Positions 37,393 to 47,871 of a stretch of DNA of 64,000 nucleotides are shown piece by piece; within the stretch, counting starts at the first letter, position 1; each line of letters starts with the position of its first letter. The position numbers and the translations under genes were made by a program. The stretch is taken from assembly GCA_947501605.1 (NCBI GenBank), contig CANMWZ010000006.1, positions 1-64,000 on the forward strand. The letters are read 5' to 3'. This stretch comes from Planctomycetota bacterium. Lineage in GTDB: Bacteria; Planctomycetota; UBA1135; UBA2386. Below the pieces are notes generated by a model. That model saw only the letters and a program-made list of their open reading frames with translations, was not told the origin of the DNA and searched no databases.

Positions 37393-38790
37393 TCAGCGCT
37401 GCCGCGCGGCGCCTTCGACCTGCTCGAGGTACTTCTGCCACGCTTCCTTCGGCTGGAGTTCGACGGCACGGCGCAGCAACGGCAGCGCCTCCTGGTACTT
37501 GCCTTGCCGCACCAGCAATTGGCCGTGGCCGAGCTTTGCCTGTGCCTCGAAGGCGGCCACTGACGCAGCGCGCTCGAACTCGAAGATCGCTTGCTCGATG
37601 TTGCCCTTGCGATCGTGGAAGCGCGCCAGCAGCACGAGCGAGCCACCATCGAGTGGATCGAGCTCGACGAGCTTCTGCAGGACGGCCGCCTCTTCGTCCC
37701 CGGCCCCCATAGCGACGGCGATGCCCGCGCGCAGATTCAAGACGGCCTTGCGATCCTCGACCCCCAAGTCCTTTCGCTTCTGCTCGATGCCATCGACGAG
37801 CGCGCGGGCCTCGGTGAGCGCTCCTGCCGCGTTCATGAACTTGGCCGCACGGAGTGCCCGATCGACCTTGGTCTTGTCGCTGGCCACCAACGCACCGAGG
37901 TACGCAGTGACCGCGAGATCGAACAACTGCTGGCTGGCGTAGAGATCGCCGAGGTTGTTGAGAACCGCCGGACTCGCCGCCGACAGCCGCGAGACCATCT
38001 CGAACGACTCAATCGCTCGCATCGGCTCACCAAGCATCGCCTGGGCTTCGCCTTCGAAGCGCCAGAGATCGGCGCGTTCAGGGTGCTGATCGACGAGCGA
38101 CCGAAACAACGATGAGGCGTCAGCAAACCGGCGCTGGCGGAACAGGCTCTCGGCAAGGCCCATCTTCCAATCAACGACTTCGGGCGCGAGTAGGCTGGCC
38201 ATCCGAAACGCAGACTCAGCGGCGATGTCGTCGCCGACCCGCGCGTGGCAGACGCCTACGAGGCCATAGACGACGGCGTCGCCGCCACCGAGTTCGATCA
38301 CGCGTGCGAAGGCACGGCGCGCCTTCTGGAACTCGCCGCTGCGATAGTAGATCTGGCCCAGGTTTGCCCAGGCGCGGCGGAACTTGGGCCACTTGGCAAC
38401 TGCGGTTTCGTAGGCCGCACCAGCCTCCGGCGCTCGCTCCCGTTGGTAGTGGATGTTGCCGATTGTGAAGTCGAACACCGCCGACGACTCCGGTTTCGCC
38501 AGGTCCTTCAGCGACACCAGAGCTTCGTCGAGTTTCTCGGCCGCGATCAACTGCATCGCTTGCGTGAGACCCTCGCGTTCCGCCGGTTCGACCTTGGGCT
38601 CGATGTCGCGGTCAGCGACGTAACTCTCTGCCAAGCGGCGCAAGAAGTCGGGCCCCTGGAGAACTGCGCGCTCGGCATCCGTGAGTTCGCGCGGACGCGG
38701 CGAGAGCTCGACGGCTGGCACCTCCTGCGCGAACAGCGGTGCGGAGAACACAGCGACCAACAAGGTGCAGGCGAGTCGAAGACGGTTCAT
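37393..38790 (-). CDS. Exported TPR protein (TtpD-like) of the TonB operon
   Basis: Signal peptide ending PLFA-Q; multiple TPRs; start 2 bp after the TonB stop. Confidence 0.85.
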   Translation of the reverse strand: MNRLRLACTLLVAVFSAPLFAQEVPAVELSPRPRELTDAERAVLQGPDFLRRLAESYVADRDIEPKVEPAEREGLTQAMQLIAAEKLDEALVSLKDLAKPESSAVFDFTIGNIHYQRERAPEAGAAYETAVAKWPKFRRAWANLGQIYYRSGEFQKARRAFARVIELGGGDAVVYGLVGVCHARVGDDIAAESAFRMASLLAPEVVDWKMGLAESLFRQRRFADASSLFRSLVDQHPERADLWRFEGEAQAMLGEPMRAIESFEMVSRLSAASPAVLNNLGDLYASQQLFDLAVTAYLGALVASDKTKVDRALRAAKFMNAAGALTEARALVDGIEQKRKDLGVEDRKAVLNLRAGIAVAMGAGDEEAAVLQKLVELDPLDGGSLVLLARFHDRKGNIEQAIFEFERAASVAAFEAQAKLGHGQLLVRQGKYQEALPLLRRAVELQPKEAWQKYLEQVEGAARQR

Positions 38791-38792
38791 GG

Positions 38793-39467
38793 CTACTTGT
38801 CCGGGAACGTGATGGGCTGCCGCATGCGGAAGCGGACGGGTTGGCCCTTCCGCTTGCCGGGTTCGAACTTCCACTTCTTGATCGCATCGAGCGCGGCTCG
38901 ATCGAAGACAGGATCCGGCGACTGCTGCACCACGGGGTTCTGTACGCGACCGTCCTCGTCGACGACGAAGACGACGTACACTGTGCCCGGCGCCTTGCGG
39001 CGGATCTGCGGCGTCATCTGTGGGTTGTGCGGGTAGACGACGCGCGGCTGCTGGTCGAGGTCAGCGACACTGAAGAGACCGGTGCTGTCGTCCGCACTGT
39101 CGCCACCGCCGCGGTTGAGTTTGATGGCGAAGTCCGCCGTGCTCCAGCCGCCACCAACGCCGGGGTTGAGCGCCAACTCAAGCTGCGACAGGTCGAGCGG
39201 CGGCGCATCGGGCTGCATCTCCGGCGGTTTTTCGTCAGCCTCTGGCGGCTTGTCCTCTTCGACTTCGGGCGGCGGCGGCGGCGGTGGTGGTGGCAGCGCG
39301 ACCGTGTCGACGCTGCGCAGCAGGGTGTCCGCTGCCGGCGTTGACGCAATCGCTTCGATCAGCGGCAACACCAGGAAGCATGCGATCGTCAAGGCCGTGG
39401 CACCTAGCGTCGTGCCCACGGCTCGGCGCATTCGTCCAGCCAATCTGCGTCGTTCTCGTTGCCCCAC
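38793..39467 (-). CDS. tonB: Energy transducer TonB
   Basis: N-terminal TM, poly-Pro linker, C-terminal G.V.V.F.VDE.G.V...FDRAA..A..KWKF.P. Confidence 0.9.
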   Translation of the reverse strand: MGQRERRRLAGRMRRAVGTTLGATALTIACFLVLPLIEAIASTPAADTLLRSVDTVALPPPPPPPPPEVEEDKPPEADEKPPEMQPDAPPLDLSQLELALNPGVGGGWSTADFAIKLNRGGGDSADDSTGLFSVADLDQQPRVVYPHNPQMTPQIRRKAPGTVYVVFVVDEDGRVQNPVVQQSPDPVFDRAALDAIKKWKFEPGKRKGQPVRFRMRQPITFPDK

Positions 39468-39478
39468 GTTGGATTTCC

Positions 39479-39901
39479 TCAGTTGCCGCTGGGCTTGCTG
39501 GTGGCAAGACTGACCTTCTGCGCACCGCCGAGCTTGGCCTCGTCGATCACGCGAACGAGCAGGCCGGTCGGCGCAGTCTCGTCTGCCTGGACGATGACGG
39601 GGATGTCGCTCTCCTTTTGCAGCAGGCGGCGAACAACAGCGCGGACCGAGCCGATGCCGATGTCGCGCTTGTCGTAGACAACCTCGCCCTTTGCCGTGAG
39701 CGCAATCATGATGCTGGTCTTCTCCAACTGAACGGCAGACGCAGCTTGTGGCTTGTCGACCTCCACGCCGGTCTCCTCCACAAAGGTGGTGGTGACGATG
39801 AAGAAGATCAGCAGGATGAAGACACAGTCGATCAGTGGCGACAGGTCGATGCCTGCGCCGTCGCCGTCGTCTTCGTTCATCGATTCGCGGAATCGTCCCA
39901 T
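39479..39901 (-). CDS. exbD: ExbD/TolR
   Basis: IDLSPLIDCVFILLIFFIVTT, VIVQAD. Confidence 0.95.
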   Translation of the reverse strand: MGRFRESMNEDDGDGAGIDLSPLIDCVFILLIFFIVTTTFVEETGVEVDKPQAASAVQLEKTSIMIALTAKGEVVYDKRDIGIGSVRAVVRRLLQKESDIPVIVQADETAPTGLLVRVIDEAKLGGAQKVSLATSKPSGN

Positions 39902-39934
39902 CGTCGTTCTCCAGTCAGATGTGCAGCGCGCAGG

Positions 39935-40651
39935 TCAGCGTGAGCCGCCTTGCGCACGAAGTTGTTGGGCGATCTCCGAGGCCACCTGCCTCTTGGCGCG
40001 TGCTGTAGCAACGCGCTTCAGTTGCATGGCCAAGCGACGATGCACAGTCTGCGTGCACACGGTCTCGAGATGCGCGAGGAACGCCTTGTACCGCTGCAAC
40101 CTGCGGCTCGTCGCGTACTGGTAGAAGACACCCGGCAAGGCGATGACGAGTCCCGTTTCGGTCGTGATCAGGGCCTCGGAGATGCCACTCGCGATCTTCC
40201 CCATGGTCTGGTCGCCGCCAGAACCCGAAGCCAGGGCGTCAAACGTCGTCAGCATGCCTGTCACGGTGCCGAGCAACCCAAACAGGGGCGCCGCACTCAC
40301 CGCGACCTTCATCACCTTGAGATCGCGCTCGAACGGGGCCGTCTCTTCGACACGCACTTGGTCGAAGGCCTTGACGATTGCCTGGTCGCTCGGCAGCGAC
40401 TGTCCCACGACGCGATCGAGCAATCGACCGATCGGGCCGTGACGATCGCGTGGATGGTCGATCCAGCTGCGCCAGGTCGATTCCGGAACACTGGTGAACC
40501 CCTTGCCCAACAGTGCAAGAAAGACATTGGTCCCCATGCCGAACACCGCCAGCGCGGTGACCGCGATCGGCCACATCGCCCACCCACCGGCAATCCAGAT
40601 GACCGTGGCCTGGTCGATCAGTCGCAGCAGGGTTTCGTGTAGGAAGTCCAT
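39935..40651 (-). CDS. exbB: ExbB/TolQ/MotA proton channel
   Basis: APLFGLLGTVTGM..TF, GISEALITT..GLVIA. Confidence 0.92.
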   Translation of the reverse strand: MDFLHETLLRLIDQATVIWIAGGWAMWPIAVTALAVFGMGTNVFLALLGKGFTSVPESTWRSWIDHPRDRHGPIGRLLDRVVGQSLPSDQAIVKAFDQVRVEETAPFERDLKVMKVAVSAAPLFGLLGTVTGMLTTFDALASGSGGDQTMGKIASGISEALITTETGLVIALPGVFYQYATSRRLQRYKAFLAHLETVCTQTVHRRLAMQLKRVATARAKRQVASEIAQQLRAQGGSR

Positions 40652-40683
40652 GGTCCTGGTGAGTGGAGATTGTCGCCAGGAGG

Positions 40684-42252
40684 TCAGCGCGCGCGGGCCG
40701 AAGCGGCCCCGCCGTCATCGTCGAGCACCGGCCCGAGGATCTCGCCGAGCACTTCGCGGATCTGCATTCGGATCTGCGCCGGTTGCGTCGCGCCGCCGTC
40801 GAGGTCCGCCCCCGTCGAAGCACTGCCGCCACCAACGCCCGTTACGTTGGTGAACTGCACCGCAAGGGTCTCCATCTCGCTGACCAATCCACGCGCCTTG
40901 CGCGAGAGGAACGAATGCAAGAGCAACGACGGGATCGCAACGATCAACCCGTACTCCGTCGTGATGAGCGCTTCGGAGATACCGCCGGACAGCGACGCGA
41001 CGTCGCCACTGCCGTAGATCGTGATCTGCTTGAACGTCTCGATGATGCCGGTGACCGTTCCGAGCAGACCGAGCAACGGCGCCGATGAGGCCGAGATGGC
41101 CAAGAATGGCAGCATGCTCTGGATGCGCAGCTTGGCCGTGAGGATGCGTTCGAACATGACCTCTTCGAGCAACTCACGCGACTCCTGCAGGCTGCCAACG
41201 CCGGCCCCGAGCATCTCGCCGATCGGCCCCTTCAGCTCGCTGGTCAGTGACTTCGCGCGGTCATAGTCTTTCTCGCGCAAGGACTCGAACAGTGACTTCA
41301 GCTGCCGCCGAGTAGGCCGACGGATCAGACTGAGCGAGAGCCACTTCCACAAAGTGACGAGCAGCGCCGCAATCGCGAGCGCCAGGATGGGCCACATGAC
41401 CGCCCCGCCCTTCAGGAAGTGCTCCACCAAAGTCTCCTCGGTGGCAGCGACCTTGTGGGCCGATCCGAGCGTCGGATCGACAGGTAGTGCGCCCTTGCCG
41501 CTGGCGACAAAGGCCGCAGCTTCGGCGGCTTGCTCCGGCTGCGAGAACGAGGTCACCGAAGGCTCGAGCGACCCGAGCTTCGCATCGACGGTTCCCACCG
41601 CGACTCCGTCCTTGCCGCGGAACACCGCGATGGGCCCCACGAGCGCGAAGGTCCCGTTTGTGAGCACACCATCGGCGCCGACTGCACGACCATCGAAGCG
41701 ATTGCCGCCGAGGCAATCCTGCAACCGCTGGATCGAGCGCGTGACCACGTTCGCCTGCACGACAAACAGGTCCTTCGGCATCATCGTCCGGTCATCAGCA
41801 GCGAGCTTGGCCGCTGCGATGACGTCGTCGTAGAGCTGGACTTCGGCGATGTGCAGCGACGACTCGAAGTTGCGAACGAACTCGCCAAACACGTTGCCGA
41901 GGTAGTTCTGTTCGTCCTGTTTGCGCTTCTGCTCGGCCGTCAGATTGCCGAGGGCCTGCGAACCAGCATCGAGCTGACGGGTCCGGTCAGCGGCCGACTG
42001 CCGCAGTTGCGAGAGCTCTGCTTCGAGTTCCCGAAGCGTCCGTCCGAGCGGAACTTTCTCTTCGGCAACCTGCTGCATGACCCGGTCGAGCTCGACCAGA
42101 CTCTCGGCCAGCTGCTTTTGCAGGTCCTGACTGGAGCGCTCGAGCACAGCCTGCAGGTCCTGCTGCTTGGCAACCGACTGTGGCTGCTGGGCCACGACGG
42201 TCGAGGACAGCGCGAGCAACACCGCGGTCGCGATCAATGAGAAGTTGGTCAT
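40684..42252 (-). CDS. Large ExbB-like protein with a periplasmic coiled coil (TtpC-like)
   Basis: Signal peptide, long coiled coil, then APLLGLLGTVTGII.TF and GGISEALITT.YGL.VAIP. Confidence 0.88.
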   Translation of the reverse strand: MTNFSLIATAVLLALSSTVVAQQPQSVAKQQDLQAVLERSSQDLQKQLAESLVELDRVMQQVAEEKVPLGRTLRELEAELSQLRQSAADRTRQLDAGSQALGNLTAEQKRKQDEQNYLGNVFGEFVRNFESSLHIAEVQLYDDVIAAAKLAADDRTMMPKDLFVVQANVVTRSIQRLQDCLGGNRFDGRAVGADGVLTNGTFALVGPIAVFRGKDGVAVGTVDAKLGSLEPSVTSFSQPEQAAEAAAFVASGKGALPVDPTLGSAHKVAATEETLVEHFLKGGAVMWPILALAIAALLVTLWKWLSLSLIRRPTRRQLKSLFESLREKDYDRAKSLTSELKGPIGEMLGAGVGSLQESRELLEEVMFERILTAKLRIQSMLPFLAISASSAPLLGLLGTVTGIIETFKQITIYGSGDVASLSGGISEALITTEYGLIVAIPSLLLHSFLSRKARGLVSEMETLAVQFTNVTGVGGGSASTGADLDGGATQPAQIRMQIREVLGEILGPVLDDDGGAASARAR

Positions 42253-42269
42253 GGTCGTTCCTGATCGCC

Positions 42270-43118
42270 TCACAGAATCTCGATGGGCAGCGCAACGAAG
42301 CTCGCCATCTGCTTGCTCTGATAGACCTTGATCGCGGCCTGCACTGCGACAGCCGCGTCGTTGCGCGGAGTCCACTTCCAACCCTCTGGCGTAGCGACAC
42401 CGACTCCGGCCGCATCGCCCTTGATCGTCACGTAGAAGGCCTGGCCGAGCCCAAGATAGAGGCATGCAACCTCGGCAGTCGAACCGTCGGGGAGCGAGCG
42501 GATCTCACTGGTCACCGTGACCTCTCGATTCCACTTGTTCACGAGGTTCAAGACGCTCAGCACATTGCCGAAGCGGACGCCGAGCGAGAGCTTCTTCTTG
42601 TTCGAGTCGTCACTCTGTGCGGTCGCAAACTGCTGAGTCAGAGGCGCAATCTTCTCACGGATGGGTTCAGGCAATCGAAGCAGCAGCGCCCGCGTCTGCT
42701 CCTCCATCGCAATGATGGCGACGTCCAGCGCCTGCTGCACGACATCGAGCTTCGAGCTCTCTTCGATCAGCGCAGCCTTCTGCCGGTCCGCCGCAGCGAT
42801 GCTCGCCTCGGTTTCGACGATGCGCTGCTTTTGCGCGTCGATCGAACGGCGAACGACATCGATACGCTCCAGCACGGCCTCCTTCTCGACTCGCCAATCG
42901 GTGCGTGCCTTGCTGATCTGCCGGCGCGCCTCGACCCATTTCTCCAACATCGCCCGCGTAGTCTCAGCGCCGGCCGTCACCGGCGCCGGCGCGGTGCCTG
43001 CTGCCGGATCTTGTTGCTGCGCGGATGCGTAACTCGTCGTCGCAACGCTCGCGAACATGGCCACTGCGAGCGCGCGAGAAAGCGCGAACGTGCGGGGTCG
43101 CTTCGTCTCTGGTTTCAT
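42270..43118 (-). CDS. DUF3450 family coiled-coil protein (TtpB-like)
   Basis: Signal peptide, coiled coil, LYLGLG.AFY; lies immediately upstream of the TtpC-like gene. Confidence 0.78.
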   Translation of the reverse strand: MKPETKRPRTFALSRALAVAMFASVATTSYASAQQQDPAAGTAPAPVTAGAETTRAMLEKWVEARRQISKARTDWRVEKEAVLERIDVVRRSIDAQKQRIVETEASIAAADRQKAALIEESSKLDVVQQALDVAIIAMEEQTRALLLRLPEPIREKIAPLTQQFATAQSDDSNKKKLSLGVRFGNVLSVLNLVNKWNREVTVTSEIRSLPDGSTAEVACLYLGLGQAFYVTIKGDAAGVGVATPEGWKWTPRNDAAVAVQAAIKVYQSKQMASFVALPIEIL

Positions 43119-43162
43119 GTCGTTCGGTAGGTTGTTGGTCGTGGAGTCGAGGCGAGGCCCGG

Positions 43163-46105
43163 TCAGAAGGTCACGCGGCCGCCGATGCCAATCGAGTAGT
43201 CGACGCCGCGCGTGTAGGTGATCTTGGTGACATCGTCGCCGATGTAGGGCGAGCGGTAGACCTGCTCGATGGCCGGATTGGTCAGGTTCTTGGCCTGGAA
43301 CTGGAGGTCGATGTGGTCCGACAGGCGCTGCGACAGGCTGAAATTCAAAGAGTCGAAAGCAACCTGGTAGACGTTGGGCACGTAGCGGTCGTTCGCTTGG
43401 CCAGCGCCCGAGATGAGGGTGTCCCCAGTGAGCGTGTAAAACAGGCCAATGCGCGTGCCGAGCCGGTCACTCTCCCAGGTGAGAAATGTGTTGAAGAGCG
43501 ACTCGGGCGCATTCGTCATGTCGCGATGCGTCATTGGCGCACGGATCGCCGGCAGATTGAAACCGTCGATCTCCTCCTGGGTCAGCGTCACGTCGGACTG
43601 GATCCACGTCGCGTTGGCGCCGACTCCGAAGCCGTCGAGTTCCTTGGCAAACTGCGCGAGTTGCTGACGCACCTCCAACTCAATGCCGTCGATCTTGCCC
43701 TCTGGGTAATTGACGGCCGACGTGTAGTCAAAAACAGAGGCGATGCGTTGCACGTACTCGATCGGGTTCTCGATGTCCTTGTGGAACCACGATGCAGAAA
43801 GGAGACCGCCCTCGTTCGGCGTCCAGTCAGCGCGCAAGTCGTAGTTCTTGAGCGCGCTCATCCCCAGCTCCGGGTTGCCGACGAACACTGGGCCGCCGAG
43901 ATACTCCTGTTGGAGGATCGGGGTCAGCTCCTTGAACGTCTGCCGCGCAATCGTCTCGCTGTAGGCCGCGCGCAGAGTCACGTCAGGCACAACCTCATAG
44001 ATCACCGCGAGCGCTGGCAGGGCATCTTCCTGACGAAAGGCGACGTCCGCCTCTCCCGGCCCGAGCGGCGCCGGCGCCGATGAGCCGGGCGGAAACCACA
44101 CGACATCCGATTCGGCGTCGTTGACGATGTCGATGCTCGTGTTCTCGAAGCGAACGCCCGCAACGACATTGAGTCCTGCGACGATCGGCAGATCCACCAT
44201 CGAGTACCAGGCATCGATCTTCTGGTCGCCGACGTAATCGACGTCGATGAGGCCGGCGGTGATCGGATGGTTCTCGAAAGGGAAGCTGGCGCTCCAAAAC
44301 TGCTCCCACGGGGCGTTGAAGGTCGAGTTGTCGCTGAAGTTGCTGAACGTGTCCTGGTCGTAGGTTCGCTTGACCGTGTCCTGGAAGTAGCCGAACTTCA
44401 GATACCCCTCGAGATCCGACCACTGGTCGAAGGGGAGCTTGAGGTTCGTCGCGTACTGGTTGCTGTCTTCTTCGATCTCTTTGTAGATGCGCTGCAGATT
44501 GCCAACGGTGAAGTTCGCCGCCGGCTTGAACGGCTGGAAGGTACCACCATTGGTCGAGTCCCAGCGCGAGCCGAACACGCGCTTGTCGGGTTGCCGCTTG
44601 TCGGCCGCACTCTTGGACACGGTCCAGTCGAGCACCGGCGACTTGAGCGCGCCGCCAGGTTCGATGGGCAGCGTGTGGCGCCCGTTCAACTGCAGCGTGT
44701 CGGTGGATCGCTCTGAGTACTGCAGCGTCTCGAGTCGCAGGTAGGGGGCCGCGTTGCTCTCGGCGTGCCCAGGCGTCGACGTGTTGTTGGGGTCGTAGCC
44801 CGGAAAGTAGTAGGCCTTACCACGCGTGTCCTCGGCCAAGGTCGCCGAGTCCTCCGACGTCAGCGTGTTGAGCCAAGCAAAGGTGACCGAGTGGTTGTCG
44901 GTCTCGAGGCCAACCGTCGCCAACGATCCGAGCTGGACCTGCTGCGTGCTGCGGGTGATGTCGTAAAGGCGAGTTTGAAAGTCCTGGCTCTGGACACCAC
45001 TGCCGGTGACCTGTGGGGTCATCGGGTCCCCGGGAACGTCGACCCACCACGACTCGTCGCGGCCGTTGTTGTAGTGCGTGGTCTTGTGTTCGTAGAACAC
45101 GCTGAGGAATCCGCCGAGACGGACGCCGTCGGCGATCTCCGTCTTGCCGCCAACCGCACTCGAGAACTTGTAGTCGACTGGCGCCGCCTCGCGACGCACG
45201 CCGACAGCGCCGTCCCAGTTCTGCCCGAGAAGATCGATCTGCGGATCGCGATCGCCGCCGTCCCTACCCGAGAAGTGGACGCCACCACCTTCATAGCTGA
45301 GGAAGTTGCTCCGACCCGTGGCTTGCGTGTTGTGGCTCGATTGGATGCGCCACTGAAAGAACAGGGGCTCGGTCGGCACGCCCTTCAAGCGCACGTCGAC
45401 GGCGCCACCCGACGCATCGCCCTGCTGGTCCGGCGTGAACGTCTTCGTAACCTGGACACTCTCGATGACGGCGGCAGGGAACTGGTCGAGTTCGACTGCG
45501 CGCTTGTCCTCATCGGCCGACGGCAGGCGAACGCCGTTGAGCTGGGAGCTGACGTAGCGATCCGGGAGACCGCGAATCACCGCCGACTTGCCGTTCTGCA
45601 GCGACGCTCCAGCGACCAGACGAAGCGCGTCCGAAGCGTTGCTGGCGCCGGCGCGACCAATGATGTCGGCGCTGATCGAGTCCATCAGCGACGGGCTCTC
45701 GAACCGCAACTGCAGTTGGGACGCTTCGGACTCGCCGCCAAGCGCGAGGATGTCCTGGACGACGTATTCTTCGAGGTCGGTGAAGTCCCCCGCCAGTGCG
45801 ACATCGATCTCGACCAAGGCGCCGGGGGCAACCACCACGTTCGGGCGCACCTGACGGACGTAGCCGTCCTTGGACACGATCAGGGTGTAGGTGCCTGGCG
45901 GCAGCTCACGCAGCAGGTAGTTACCTTGATCCGCGGTCTTTGCCGTCTCTGGCCGACCGATGATGGTCACGGTTGCCTCGATAACCGGACCACCGAAATC
46001 CTTGTCGGTGATGACGCCGCGGATGGAGCCAGCCTGCTGCGCGTGAAGAGCGCTGCTGAGCGGCCCTAGGGCTCCGAGCCACAGAAGTAGAGTCCGGTTC
46101 TTCAC
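43163..46105 (-). CDS. TonB-dependent outer-membrane receptor with an N-terminal carboxypeptidase-regulatory-like domain
   Basis: Signal peptide; plug motifs IRGLPDRY...LNG, LD.FP...IES..V.K; NPEL, KNLTN; C-terminal Phe. Confidence 0.92.
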   Translation of the reverse strand: MKNRTLLLWLGALGPLSSALHAQQAGSIRGVITDKDFGGPVIEATVTIIGRPETAKTADQGNYLLRELPPGTYTLIVSKDGYVRQVRPNVVVAPGALVEIDVALAGDFTDLEEYVVQDILALGGESEASQLQLRFESPSLMDSISADIIGRAGASNASDALRLVAGASLQNGKSAVIRGLPDRYVSSQLNGVRLPSADEDKRAVELDQFPAAVIESVQVTKTFTPDQQGDASGGAVDVRLKGVPTEPLFFQWRIQSSHNTQATGRSNFLSYEGGGVHFSGRDGGDRDPQIDLLGQNWDGAVGVRREAAPVDYKFSSAVGGKTEIADGVRLGGFLSVFYEHKTTHYNNGRDESWWVDVPGDPMTPQVTGSGVQSQDFQTRLYDITRSTQQVQLGSLATVGLETDNHSVTFAWLNTLTSEDSATLAEDTRGKAYYFPGYDPNNTSTPGHAESNAAPYLRLETLQYSERSTDTLQLNGRHTLPIEPGGALKSPVLDWTVSKSAADKRQPDKRVFGSRWDSTNGGTFQPFKPAANFTVGNLQRIYKEIEEDSNQYATNLKLPFDQWSDLEGYLKFGYFQDTVKRTYDQDTFSNFSDNSTFNAPWEQFWSASFPFENHPITAGLIDVDYVGDQKIDAWYSMVDLPIVAGLNVVAGVRFENTSIDIVNDAESDVVWFPPGSSAPAPLGPGEADVAFRQEDALPALAVIYEVVPDVTLRAAYSETIARQTFKELTPILQQEYLGGPVFVGNPELGMSALKNYDLRADWTPNEGGLLSASWFHKDIENPIEYVQRIASVFDYTSAVNYPEGKIDGIELEVRQQLAQFAKELDGFGVGANATWIQSDVTLTQEEIDGFNLPAIRAPMTHRDMTNAPESLFNTFLTWESDRLGTRIGLFYTLTGDTLISGAGQANDRYVPNVYQVAFDSLNFSLSQRLSDHIDLQFQAKNLTNPAIEQVYRSPYIGDDVTKITYTRGVDYSIGIGGRVTF

Positions 46106-46117
46106 GGGAGGGCGACA

Positions 46118-46170
46118 ACTCTAGGATGTTCCGCAAAGGCACCGTGAAGACGCCGTGGTTCTCACGTGAA
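46118..46170 (-). promoter_or_regulatory. Putative PhoB/OmpR-type direct-repeat box plus -10 element upstream of the receptor
   Basis: Minus strand TTCACG-N5-ACCACG-N5-TTCACG-N5-TTTGCG (exact 11-bp period), followed 8 nt later by TAGAGT. Confidence 0.55.
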
Positions 46171-46281
46171 CGCCAGACTAGGCTTCCAACAATCGCGCGC
46201 GAAGTGCTTCTTGCAGAACGGTGTCGGGGCGGAAGAACGGCAGGGAGGGAAGGCCGAGTCACCCTGGGCACTGGGCAGCAC

Positions 46282-47523
46282 TCACCAAGGATCGCCGAGG
46301 CCCTTCACGATGGCCTCGATCTTGCCCAGCAACTCTGACCCAGGCTCAAGGCCATGCTTGGCCAGCGACAGACACGTGGCCGAAACATCGTCGGCGCGCG
46401 GCCGCGAGTTCGGGTTGTCGAGTCCGGCTTCGACAGCCCCGCGATAGAGCTCCAGGGCACGATCGCGGTTGCCCATCGCCGCGGCAGCCTCGGCAATCGC
46501 ACGCATTGCCGAAGCGCGATAGATGTCGAGGATTGAAGCGTGGCGTTGGCCGTAGAGCGACTCGGCATGCTCGAGCAGCGATCTGCCGCGTGCGGAATCG
46601 CCGGCGCGATGCACAACGGCCGCCGCCTGGGCATGCACGAACACCTCATCCTCCGGGTGCCACTTCACGCCCGCAATCAGCACGTCGATCTGGCGCACGA
46701 GCTCGAGTGCGCGCATGCCGTCCCCGCCGTCCGCCGCGTAACCCGCAATCTCGATCAGGAGCTTCAGTCGCGCGTCGCGCGGCAACTTCGTGTAACCGCT
46801 GGTGACTCGTTTCTCGAGTTGGTCGCGCTTCTCGGCATCCGGAAAGAACCGCTTGTACAGCTTGCAGCAGGTCTGCAGCGTCACCAGGATCTCGTCGAAG
46901 TTGTCGCCCGCGAACAGCTTGTCGGCCTGCTCGAGCCACGCGGAGAACGCCGCCTCCGGCATCGCCAAGGCTGCGTCCATCTGGATGCCGGCGCCATCAC
47001 TCGATTGGATGGACTTGCTGAACTTGGCGAACTTCTCAGCGTCGCCGAGGAGGAAGTGAGTGCGGGCGATCATCGCGAACACGCGATCTGCGCGCCACGC
47101 CTGCTCGGTTGGGTCCGCCGCCGCTGCCTTTGCGACGCTTTCGGCAATCGCAAGATGCTGACCCACCTCGTCCATGCGACCAGCCTGTGCGCAATGATGC
47201 GCAAACTGCGCGTGCGCAAGACCACGACGCCAATCCGGAATCGTGTCGCCGATCTGCAGCGCGAGGTCGGGCATCGCGAGTTCGAAGCAGGCCTCCACTA
47301 CCGCCATTTGACCGCGGCCTCGATTCTTGATGTGTGGCACCAACGGCATCCGCAGGAATGCTTGGTTTGCCAGCTCGAGAAGGTGCTTCTGAGACGCGCT
47401 TGCCTTGCCGGTCGGCGCCGCTGTTTTGGCGGCAGGTGCTGTCGCCGCCGAGCTCTCCTGAGCCAGGACTGAGGCAGTGCCGAAAGCAGCGAAGAAGACG
47501 GACGCACACAGTGCTACGCGCAT
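46282..47523 (-). CDS. Exported alpha-helical (TPR-like) hypothetical protein
   Basis: Signal peptide ending VLA-Q; AGGAG before the ATG; Ala/Leu-rich helical repeats. Confidence 0.75.
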   Translation of the reverse strand: MRVALCASVFFAAFGTASVLAQESSAATAPAAKTAAPTGKASASQKHLLELANQAFLRMPLVPHIKNRGRGQMAVVEACFELAMPDLALQIGDTIPDWRRGLAHAQFAHHCAQAGRMDEVGQHLAIAESVAKAAAADPTEQAWRADRVFAMIARTHFLLGDAEKFAKFSKSIQSSDGAGIQMDAALAMPEAAFSAWLEQADKLFAGDNFDEILVTLQTCCKLYKRFFPDAEKRDQLEKRVTSGYTKLPRDARLKLLIEIAGYAADGGDGMRALELVRQIDVLIAGVKWHPEDEVFVHAQAAAVVHRAGDSARGRSLLEHAESLYGQRHASILDIYRASAMRAIAEAAAAMGNRDRALELYRGAVEAGLDNPNSRPRADDVSATCLSLAKHGLEPGSELLGKIEAIVKGLGDPW

Positions 47524-47808
47524 GAGACTCCTACGATTCGGATCGAGTGGGAAACGCGACAACCCGGGGATTCCTAGAAGCTGTTTCACGATTGGCGTGC
47601 GAGCGAGGCCGAGCAACGAAGGCAGAGGGCAAGGAGCGGACTCGTAGCGGAATCCGTAGCTCCCGCGGAGAGTCTGCGACGCTGCCATCGGCCGAGGTGC
47701 CGACCGCAGCCGCTAGCGCTTGGTGAAACCACTTCTACGGTGCTCGGCTCGCAACCGCGGAGCTACGCGCTCGGAGCCGCAGGCGATAGTGGCGGACATC
47801 ACCGCAAA

Positions 47809-47848
47809 CGATCAAGGGCGATCGCCTCGCAGCGACCGCCCCTGATCG
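47809..47848 (-). terminator. Stem-loop downstream of the surface-protein gene (terminator or mRNA stabiliser)
   Basis: Minus-strand CGATCAGGGGCGGTCGC/GCGATCGCCCTTGATCG, a 17-bp stem with two G-U pairs that form only on the minus strand, followed by TTT. Confidence 0.6.
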
Positions 47849-47871
47849 GATCGTTCCTGAGATGGCTCAGG

